A DNA stretch of 64,000 nucleotides, taken from contig NW_002060945.1 of NCBI RefSeq assembly GCF_000150275.1, positions 6,749,607 through 6,813,606 of the forward strand, written 5' to 3'. Below, piece after piece: positions 14,330 to 25,266 of the stretch. Made by a program: the position numbers and the translations under genes. Under the pieces are notes generated by a model. That model saw only the letters and a list, made by a program, of their open reading frames with translations. It was not told where the DNA came from and ran no database searches. Each line of letters opens with the position of its first letter. Positions within the stretch are counted from its first letter, which is position 1. The DNA is from Trichoplax adhaerens (lineage: Eukaryota; Animalia; Placozoa).

Positions 14330-15982
14330 CTTCTAGCCAGGTTTCTCGTCCAATTTTTATCCTTTTTTTCCACAGTCAAGATCTGCTTTTTACGACAGAT
14401 GATACGAATATAAGAGTATATAGCAGCTGGTTTAAGCTTAAAGTGGTACTCATACGTATGCTAGTAATGTTGTAGTATTGATTAAAATTAGGATTGAAAC
14501 TCCAACAAGAGGCTCAGTGATAAAATAAAATCCGATATTGTTGATTGAAATCACTGATTCGATACTAAAAATCAAACTACTGCCAATTGACCACATTCTG
14601 ATGAGATTTGTAAACAGAGCGGTAAAGCAGACAAGAAAGTACAATGGACTATTGCCTATCAAATCCAGTTGTAAAGCTATTGCCTTGTAGTTTGTCATTT
14701 TTATTCTTTTTGACTAAAGATATTGGAAAAGTGGCGCAAAATTGGTGTTCACGTCCGCCAATACGACGTGCAAGCCATTGACTATGCAACGTTACATGAT
14801 TGCCATTGGCAGATACAAAACCTCTTACTATGCTTCTAAGTCAAGTTTTAAATGGATACAATGAACAAATAGCATTCTATCTACCTTCTATAGATACTCA
14901 ATGTTGTTCATCTAAAATATTGTAGCCAATTTTCACAGAAAGAAACTCGTTTCTATCAATTTTTGACGTGGAAAAATGGCTGCTGGCCGATATCCTCGAT
15001 TCGTAATGAGCAAGCAACCAGTACGTCACGTTACGGTTCGGTCCAGTCCAGTACTTCAATGACTGTAGTGCGTGGTGAATGACTTCACCTTATGGCAGTC
15101 ACCTCACTGTCCCATGACTTGACCCGCTTCACTCAACTAGTCACACATAGGGGTTGATTGAAGTGACTCGGCGAGTCATCCCATACTGTATGATGTCAAC
15201 AGGGCTGATTTGTGACGCTCGTTATCCGCCGTGGCAACTAGTGACAAACCGGGTGGGTAATCCGAACCGAACCGGGCCATCTCAGTACAGTCATGATACT
15301 ATAATGTAATGTATAAGTATACGATATGTTACGGGTAAATACAGTACGCCTAGATGTACATATGTTAACCTATATATACAATATATATACAAGTATATAC
15401 TGTACGAGTATACACATTACTTTATATGGCATATAGGGGGATTTAGGCTATCGCTTGTACGAATTAATCCTATTCCTGCAACATTCGAACCAGCAGCATA
15501 TCCGTGTATTACTAATGAATTAATTCATTAATTAACTCTGTCCAGGTGAAAATAGTATTTAATCGCTTAGTCAGTCACAATCGAATAGGATCGTAGATTA
15601 GTGTGAATAAAGGAAATCTCTCTATAAGTATATTAGTCCTACTCTGTAACCCACAACTGAAATAAGCAGCAAGTACAAACTAGTTCTGCTCTGGAGGACT
15701 GAATTGATTGATTGATTTTATACTTACTGCACAGCGCGCTAAGATATTTAGCTTATAAATAGCTTATGTAATTATGTTTGGACCATTGATTTAAGTTTGA
15801 AAAGTAACGCAGTACTGTACTGTACAGTACAAACTTTACTACAGAAGACGAAATAGAATTTAGCCAGTTATTAGTTATTAATCTAGAAAGTGTTGAACCA
15901 TAAGAAATACCCAATCGAATCAACCTGCCAATATAGCATCGATATCAAAATACCGCCTTAACAATCAAATAATCCTGGTGCA

Positions 15983-18236
15983 ATGGAACATATCAGTAAT
16001 AGCGATCAAACAGACGTGGGCGAATCATCAGAAAGTCATCATCAGATTTTAATTTCTAACATTATCAGCAAGATAGGTAAGAGACAACTATTGTACAGTT
16101 AACAATTCATATCTTCTAGAATTTCAATTCGTTACACATATATGTAGATTTTAATGAATATTAGCATTGGCAATCATATGTGCGTATGCGTATAATTATC
16201 TTCACTATTTCCTTACATTACAGTATGCTGGGAAATGATGCTAAATAAATGTCTATGTAATGCTAAAAAATCTCTTATTCACTGTACTTTACATTTACTT
16301 CATGAGTGTTTATGATTGATAATATTTGTATTATCGTATAAGAATTGTTATTATTGCTAATATTTTCAATTTGATTGTGAATTCTACACAAATTAGACAT
16401 TTACATAACTCCAATCTATCTGCATAACGTACTTTTAAGGCTGAACAATAATATCATAATATACAGTATAGTATTGAAATTCAAACACGCCATCCATGTA
16501 AAGTGTGCAAGATAATGGTTTGAAAATCGTAACACAGTAGTTTAGTAGCACCAAAGAAAATTGAAGTAAACTCCATAAACTACAAACATTCAACTCTATG
16601 CAAAATTACATAGCAGCGGAACTATCCAATGATATTTACTATTGATATGGAATAAATACAAATAACGATCATTAGAATGTACGTAGATGAAATTGAATGT
16701 TTCGTTGTTCTAAAATCTTAAATTGTCTCCTGAAAATAAGAAAGTCTACCCAAAGTCGTCAATGTCGATCATGTAGATTATCCACCAGTCGATCAAAATG
16801 ATATTCAAGCCTGGGAACGGGTGAACATAAGTATATGCAAATAATTTTGTAAATCTATTAAATTTACTGTAATAAATTTATTAGGCATAATAACTGTATT
16901 AATTTAAGAAAAGCTAGCTGAGTAAAGTGTTAATATTGCTAATTTAACATGAAATAATATTCAATTTCTACAAATTAATATCAAGTCTAGAGCAATAATG
17001 ATCTACTTATCAAAATTAGATGAAAATAATATTTTACAATATTTTAACCTTACAATCATACACTAGTATTGAGTTGTACCGAAGAAAACTGATCAAAACA
17101 TATTAGTAGTTTATTAATTAATGAACAATTTACAAGATTTCATGTTAAACTTATTAATATATAACTTTATATCACAGAAACATACTTGTAGCATGCCGGA
17201 CGATCTGAAAGCATTTTATATGCTTTCTAATGGTTTTCTACTGACGTGGTCAGTCCTCTTTGATGGTAAATTTAGTAATTTTATTACAATCGTACAAATA
17301 ATTATGCGCTTATATATTTTGCTTAACCATACTCCATTCTAAGTCTCAGTACTACTAACAGCTTAACCGTAAATGAAATTTGATTAGATTTCATTACGTC
17401 CCTGCATAAAAACTATTATTACTTATCAAAGGTCAAAAACAGTCTCTTGGAAGAATGGTGGTCAATTCCTTAAAGAGCTTGAAACGAATAAATGATAATA
17501 AGAACATTAATGGATCAATTGCACTTGACGATATCGTTTGTTCTGACAATGATGAATGTGGTAATAGGAAACCACAATTCGATCCATCTCAGAGTTGGAT
17601 ATTTGAACTAGACGATTGTGATGGTTACGGAAAAGTATGTTTGGTCTACAAGTTACAATCAGGTATTATAAATACATCTTCTGTTTAAGCCGTTATTGTA
17701 CGCGTTTTGGATAAGTTAGCATCTGTATCTGATACGTTTATTTAATTATATTTTATATTTGGCTACCTTAGATTCTATCAATCAAATATCGCCAGAAGTA
17801 TGGTTCCTTGATAGAGCTCTAGGCTGGCACTATTTAACTGATTCGTTTACAAAATATTTTCGTCTGATGATTATGCATCTTGGCCTACCGCAATGGCAGT
17901 ACGCATTAACAAATATTGGTCTAAGCCCTATTGCAAAGGTAATATCTGTAGCTACAACTTTCTAGACGTATTTTATTGATTTCAATTTAGCTATCATCAT
18001 TCATTTTTAAAATGATTTCTCCATTGATGTAGAAATATTGCCGTACTAGGTAACTAATCTTAGCAATCTGATCGTCTTTTATAGCAATGGTTCCACATGT
18101 ATGCTCCTGTTAGGTTAGCATTGGATACTGAGAAAATTGATGTAAATCCATCAATTATGCAAAAAGACGAAACAACGCTTAATAAACTCGATTCCAAAAA
18201 GTTATTGGAACCAAAGAAGATAAGCCGAAAAAAATA
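15983..18236 (+). CDS. TPGS2: Tubulin polyglutamylase complex subunit 2 (6 exons; final codon TAn abuts gap)
   Basis: Spliced exons give AWER|KHTCSMPDDLKAFYMLSNGFLLTWS, FELDDCDGYGKVCLVY and EVWFLDRALGWHYLTDSFTKYFRLMIMHLGLPQWQYALT...QWF, which are typical TPGS2 motifs. Confidence 0.9.
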
Positions 18237-18287
18237 NNNNNNNNNNNNNNNNNNNNNNNNNNNNNNNNNNNNNNNNNNNNNNNNNNC

Positions 18288-18364
18288 ACACTCAGTGTAC
18301 CGTACTGCACGGTACAGGTACAGTACAGTATAGTAAGAATGTGGTAGATGCGTTTTTAACGGTT
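18288..18364 (+). repeat. Left arm of ~80-bp inverted repeat (partner 23633-23714)
   Basis: acactcagtgtaccgtactgcacggtacaggtacagtacagtata-gtaagaatgtggtagatgcgtttttaa is the reverse complement of 23633-23714, apart from a 5-nt indel and 1-2 substitutions. Confidence 0.92.
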
Positions 18365-18988
18365 CAACGACCCATACAAGCTGTTCTTCTTTCACATTTA
18401 CTGTACTGTATTCTCATTTACCTCCACTCTACAGTCTACAGTCTACAGTGTTCAGTATGGGTTGTATCTGGAGGATTGTCCATTGCAGTGATTTAGCTTT
18501 ACAAACATCAACTTTCCATTGAAATATGAATGAATTAGGTTAATTAAGCCAAACTAAACTACCGTCAATATAGTAGCAACAAAATAAATACACTGACCAC
18601 TCAAAGAAAAACTATCCAACTGTTCATGACCATAGAGGTGGTCTCTTAACCTCGATGCTTATCAACTGATGACTGTCATACTGTAGAATAACGCTCACTT
18701 TGCTTACTTTCTTGTCAGGCCTAACTGCAAATTTGGATGAATTTTATCGTCGCGTCCATCTGTCCGTTTGCTTCAATCAATCGGGTTACAGTCGATGCAT
18801 GGTCAGATGACTTGTATTTCTCTGAAAAGTCACATGAGTAAACACAATTGTGGGCAGACTTGAAGGTTATTTTGCTATAAAAAATGAGCCACTTGAGGAG
18901 GAAATTTTTCATTGAGTGATCTCGGATAGTGGAGTATCTACATCCAATTGAAAGTTCAGATAGAAAAATTGGCGATACCGTTGATGCA

Positions 18989-21900
18989 ATGTCGCTAAAA
19001 TTTCAGCCACTGCTTATAGCCGCCATACGATGCAGTCTTCTCCTTTCACTTGTAAAAGTAAATTATACCGCTGCACTAGTTAATTCAAGCTTACAGTTGG
19101 TTTACGCCAGTGTTGTAAGTCTATTGCAGTCAAGAAAATACTTACAACATATAAATATATTATAGATTAAGCAACGAATAGGATTACTTGCTAAATCAAT
19201 AGTAATCAATCACTACATCTTTCGTAGGATTCTGAATTATCTGGTCATGCAGTAATTTACTATTCTCATGATATGTCGTAAACTAGTAGAATTATAGTAA
19301 TACTGTTTACTTCCACACTAAATAATATTTCATGCCTTTTCCCCTACATAACAATAGTTCTACATTGACCTCTTTTTTGAGTTCCTTTAATTTAGTAAGT
19401 TTTACATCTACGTTCCATCGATTGATACATTACATAAAAAAAAGATCTTTGACTTTTACGAAGAAATGATAGTATTATCATCTTGGAATCCATAAAATAA
19501 AATCAATCTTCCTTTTGCATTGTTCTAGCTGTGAAAGTGAATTATAATTGCAATAAGTAAAACCACTATCCCTAAATTTCGTCACTTTTACGTTAGCTTT
19601 ACCGTCATGGCGATCGATCACCAACCCATGTCTTGCTTAATCTTCCACATCCCTTGAAGCCTTGGCCACAAGGATTAGGTCAGCTAACTCAGGTAGGTTC
19701 TGGATCGGCAACATTGTACGAATAAGTAAATGCTATAAATATTAAGCACGCATGTGATACAACGCCTTGTATTATGTTAACTACGGTATACATTTATCCA
19801 TTACCTTTTCCTCTTGTTACAATTCAACGTGATAATGTACTCGTAGAGGCTATTAATTTATAATTACATTTATAAAATGCTAACAAAAAAAATGAATCCT
19901 AAAATGCGTAGGAAGGGATGCGTCAGGAAGCAAAATTAGGCGAATTCTTTAAGAATCGTTACGTACACCAATTGCACTTGATCAACGCAACTTATGTCAG
20001 ACGAGAGGTATGACAAAATATTGTTCCTCTTTTAATCCAAGATCGTCGTAATGTTATAGCAAAGTAGAATTATCTATCACTCTATCAGTATATGAGGAGG
20101 ATACGGAAGATAATACGGTAATATTATCGTACTATACTAAATAACTTCATTAGAACTAGGAAGGCATTGAACCACTTTACAATGATAAATAAATAAATGA
20201 ATATACAGTACTGTATTACACACATAGTATGTAGATATGAAATAACTGTTGTTATTGATTTTGTGATATCAAGGTTAAAATTCGAAGCACTGACTATGAT
20301 CGTACGTTAATGAGTGCAGAAGCACAATTGAGCGCCCTATATCGGCCTGCTGGAAGACAGGTAGGATATGCCTACAGCTATTTTACTCCTATACAGTGTT
20401 CCAATCTTTAAAGCATATAGCACTTAAACTGTTGCTGCAATATATACAGTATCTAAAGTATACCAAATTAAAGATATGATGTGTAATGATTCCTTATTCC
20501 GAAAATTTAATAATTCACTGATGGATTTGTACGTATTTGTGTGCACATTTGATACTATTTACATTGCTAACATATGATATTGTAAATACAGTAGATTCAT
20601 TTTTAAGCAACGTCTTTTATTCATTCAAAATATAATATTACTTACTATTTAACAACCGTTTATCAACTACCACCATGTCAAATATACGTGTATTAATTTT
20701 TAATGAACACAGCTCTATAAATAAGTAACTGCTCATTGAAGCAATAACTTAATTAGCTTGCGTACCCACATCATAATTTAAGGCGATGATAATGTATTTT
20801 ATGATGTCATCGTATAGATATGGAACAAAAATTTATTATGGCAGCCAATACCAATTCACACAGTACCCAGGGCTAATGATACGGTAATAAATCTTGTTTA
20901 CTAAATTAATTGCGTACCATTATACAGCAGTAGAATATTAGTAAGCGGCAATGCAATAAAGTCATTAAAGGCCAGGATGACTTTATATACAGATATCGAC
21001 TCTTATTATCAATAACTTATCATTAAAGTAGATAGCATAAAATAACTATAAAGGAAAAATCAACTTACTGTAGTAAAAAGAATATCATTGGCTTAAAATT
21101 TCTAAGTACTTTTAGAATTACATGGATTGAGTATACATACGGCTACAAATAATATGCGTATATACCTTTTTTCTGTAGCAATGAACCTTTGTTGTCCTTA
21201 CAATTGTACTATGCTTTTAAAGTGTTAATGATTTTTATTCTTGGAATGTTACATATAGTTATTGAAAAGTCAATCTCTTGCATGCCCAAGATATGATCAA
21301 AGCGTGCAAAACAACCTAAAATCAAACAAATTTAAAGATTTCATTAAGAAAGATGGGGTTTGTAGGGAATTTTGGTTATTACTCTTTTCTGATTTTTAAC
21401 CATGCCTTTTTGGTAATACTTCATCTCCAAATAAAGGGCTTTGTAAAAAAAATTTACGAACTTGCCGGCTATAACGGCTCCCATAAGAACATTTACTACG
21501 CTGCACATGAGATTAATGGTGCTTTGTTTTGCATGGTAATGCCTGTCATGATAAAACAATTTCAGATTCATCAGCGTTATGGTTTGTCATGTTATATAAA
21601 TATATGTTTATTGTATATTGACGGTAATTGATTTGATTTACTCATTGATATAAATTATAGCAAAAACACAATTTAACGTTGCCACACTGGGCCAATTCTA
21701 CCGTTTTAGTACGTCTAAGGAAAATTGCATTGTTTGTAAAGCTCCTGAAATATAGTAGCCCAATCCAACAAAAAGTTACTGCAGGTAGCAACGTACCGAT
21801 AAATTGTCTACAATACCTCTGTAGATAATGTACAGCTAATATATGACTCAAGAAGAGAGCGTCAATGCGTCGGTGTGCCATACCCACATGCTTAGCATTT

Positions 21901-23061
21901 CTGTGTATAAATCAATGAATAAATAATTTAACTTTACTACTTTGCGATATACTGCTTAGTACATCAATTCATTGTCTTGATTCCATTAACTATCTCTAAT
22001 GTAGGAGAATTATTGTATCGTATGATTCATGATATGAAATCAGTAAAGTCTGGAACGAAAATGAATCCTACTAAGCTCATGATGTATTCAGCGGTAAAGT
22101 TTTTATTTTTCAGTGAGATAGTGTACTTTTTTATATCGCATACGTATAATTTTAAAAAGCTCTTGTTAATTATGGATATTGAAATATTTTATTGTGCACG
22201 ACGGTCTTGTAATATTTGAAATATATCTCATCTATCTTAACCTAATATTAATATTATTTTACTGATAGCATGATTCCAACGTTATGGCCATATTATTAGC
22301 CTTAGGCTTCCATCTGACGAAAAATCCTCCATATACTGCAACTGTAATGCTTGAGCTGTATAAAGATAAAAATGGGTACATAATTTTAGATAATAGCATA
22401 TTACATTAAGCGATACCGTTGGAATTATACAACACAATTTATATTGTGTAGAGTATCTCTTACATAGGATGAATATTCTTCTTTTAACTATCATATACGT
22501 ATTCACCCTTAATAAAATTGGTAATGAAAAGGTATATATTGTTTATCTTTTAAGTTATATGGTTGAAAAACTATTTTATAGGACATATTTAGTTCAAGTT
22601 TTATATCGAAATTCTTCCGTAACAGTTACTTTACAACTGCCCGGCTGCAAGCGATTGTGCCCTTTAAATGATTTTGAAAAGTATGTGTACTACGTGTAAT
22701 ATCATAATAATACCCGTGAAACCTCGTGAAGGCACTTGTTTCATCTTAGTTATTTTTTTCAAAATTGCAGGCTTACATCAAATGTGACTTTCCCACCTCT
22801 GAATCGTAAAGAAATTTGTACAATAAAGACATCGCATACTTTATGTACGTTGTTGATACTGATATCTAGAAATTTATTATACTTCACTTTACTAATCAAT
22901 TTAAATATCATAATCTAAATTTGTTAGCGCCCGTAAATATCGCAATAATCGCCGCAGTTGGAGGTATCATCATTCTATTTGGAATTCTTTTAATATTGCG
23001 ATATTATTTTCGACATGTGCACAGTAAACAATCTTACGATCGGATCGTAGAGTTTAATTAG
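18989..23061 (+). CDS. ACP2: Lysosomal-type histidine acid phosphatase, copy 2 (13 coding exons)
   Basis: Signal exon at 18989-19114. LYRHGDRSP starts at 19597. RSTDYDRTLMSA, WQPIPIHTVP, MYSA|HDSN and PPYTATVMLELY follow. The last exon has a TM helix and YDRI. TAG is at 23059-23061, with AATAAA just after. Confidence 0.93.
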
Positions 23062-23632
23062 AAATAAATTGTAATTTTCTAATTTTGATAATTTATGATA
23101 TTATTTATCCTGAATTTGAAATTTACCGATGTCAAGTATACTCCGTATCACATAAATTTAAAATAGTATAACTGAGGAAAACTTTAAAGAGTACTTGTCT
23201 TCCTATTAATCCTAACTAATTCTAGATTTATTTCTTATGAAGAATATTAAATTTGTGATATTATCATCCCATTAACTAAACATTTTAACTTTCAATGTTA
23301 TACATTGAGGTACTGTACGTCAACATCTACCTGAAATAATTTTTTATACAGTACGGTATATTTTAGGTTAAAATCGATTAACTTACAAGATCTACTCGTA
23401 TTCGCATGATGGTAATATTGGAGTGATATATGCATAAATTACATTTGATCAGATTCTTCTTCATTTTGATACACGATATTTATTTCGATATTCTTAGCTG
23501 ATTATGGTATTATTTGATTTCACTGTATTTTTTCTGAATCATATGCTTACGGAAATCTAACTTAGACATATAATTTAAAGGCTATCCAATTCAACTATAC
23601 TTTTTATTATGATTTTAACCTATAATTTGGTT

Positions 23633-23714
23633 CACCATTAAAAACGCATCTACCACATTCTTACTACTGTATACTGTACTGTACCTGTACCGTGCAGTAC
23701 GGTACACTGAGTGT
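23633..23714 (-). repeat. Right arm of ~80-bp inverted repeat (partner 18288-18364)
   Basis: Direct reverse-complement comparison. Both arms translate HSVYRTARYRYSTV on opposite strands in the ORF track. Confidence 0.92.
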
Positions 23715-24965
23715 TGTCTACGGTGTACAGTGTACAGTATTTTACAGAACGTAGTGCAAGTGTACAGTACAGTACTGTTAAATGCGTTAGCGTTATCTGT
23801 AGCGCAACGCCACGTCATACTGTACTGTAGATTGATCTGTACTGTTATTAGTGATATTATTGGTCTTCTTTTCTTGAAGGAATCATGCCCCAAGGACAGT
23901 ACATTACTGTTCAGTGTATTTAAAATATACAGGAGCACAAAGCATACATCACAATGTATATACACTACTTAGAAAAGCAGGTAGTATCCACATACTTGTG
24001 TCTCAAGTCTGCAGTGTCAGCGTCAGGGCGAGGACGTACTGTACTGTAGACGTGGGCATCATCGCGCATATGATCACGCATTACTAGCTCACGAGGAGTC
24101 ACGTCATGGAAAAACTGTACTGTACTGTACAGTACAGTACAGTACAGTACAGTACGTCATCAGCTACAGTACTGTACAGTACTATACACTGTACACTGTA
24201 GAGTAGTACAGTACTGTACAGTACAGTATAGTGGTCTGCTGTCGTACAGTACAGTACTGTACAAATCAGCGAGCGGTTCACCTCAACTCTCAACTGGACT
24301 GAACTAAACTGTATCGTGGAGACAGCTGACTCGACGACGTCGAGTGTGTGTACTGTGAGCACGCGAAAATTCACTCAAGTGCAGCCAACTCTCCAGTATG
24401 GTGTCCAGTACCCAGTCCATACAGTACAGTACACTGTACTGTACAGTACGTCATCAGCTAGAGTGCAGTACTATACACTGTACACTGTAGAGTAGTGCAG
24501 TGGTCTGCTGTCGTACAGTACTGTACTGTACAAGTGTACTAGTGTACAGTATAGTACAAATCAGCGAGCGGTTCACCTCAACTCTCAACTGGACTGAACT
24601 AAACCGTATCGTGCCCAGTCCATACAGTACTGGAACCGCATCAGCTTTCTTAGACAAAAACTGTACAGTACTGTACAGTGTACAGTACGTCATCAGCTAC
24701 AGTACAGTACTGTACTATACACTGTACACTGTAGAGTAGTGCAGTGGTGAAGCACGCGAAAATGCACTCTAGTGCAGCCAACTCCAGTATGGTGTCCAGT
24801 ACCCAGTCCATACAGTATAATGGAAAAACTGTACAGTACTATACACTGTACACTGTAGAGTAGTGCAGTGGTGAAGCAAGCGAAAATGCACTCTAGTGCA
24901 ACCAACTCCAGTATGGTGTCCAATACCCAGTCCATACAGTACTGGAACCGCAGCAGCTTTCTTGC
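23660..24965. repeat. TACAG/CTGTA-rich array with shuffled 40-110 bp modules, upstream of TEAD
   Basis: Dense tacagtac/gtactgta units, plus duplicated unique modules such as caaatcagcgagcggttcacctcaactctcaactgg (x2) and ccagtatggtgtcca (x3). Confidence 0.9.
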
Positions 24966-25266
24966 TATAAAAAGCTTCTATCACGTTGTCGCGTCTGGGA
25001 TTCACCAGGCGTTGTCTTGTGTGTAATATGCTTGGCCTACTGTAGTCCATTTGTAGTCAGTGGCTCACATTTTTGTCATTTTTTCTAAAAAATTCTGCTT
25101 CCGGCGGTCGTCAAAGGGTTTGCTTTAGCTGAGTTGTTGTGGCGTACAAGTTAGTCACGATTGGAAAAATTGATTATCCTATTGCAACAAGTTGACGATA
25201 GTATCGTTTTCAATCTTGACGTCGTTCCATTGGTAGAACAGCTCGCGCTGTTTCTGTTCATTTAGC

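Noticed and set aside
24100-24965. Repeat-spacer appearance resembling a CRISPR array
   Set aside because: The context is eukaryotic, the repeats vary in length, the spacers are themselves duplicated, and there are no cas genes.
23615-25050. Many overlapping Y/S/T/V/C/L-rich ORFs (also at 43533-45376 and 54542-54891)
   Set aside because: These are translation artefacts of TACAG/CTGTA repeats, which have few stop codons. They occur on both strands with no domain signal.
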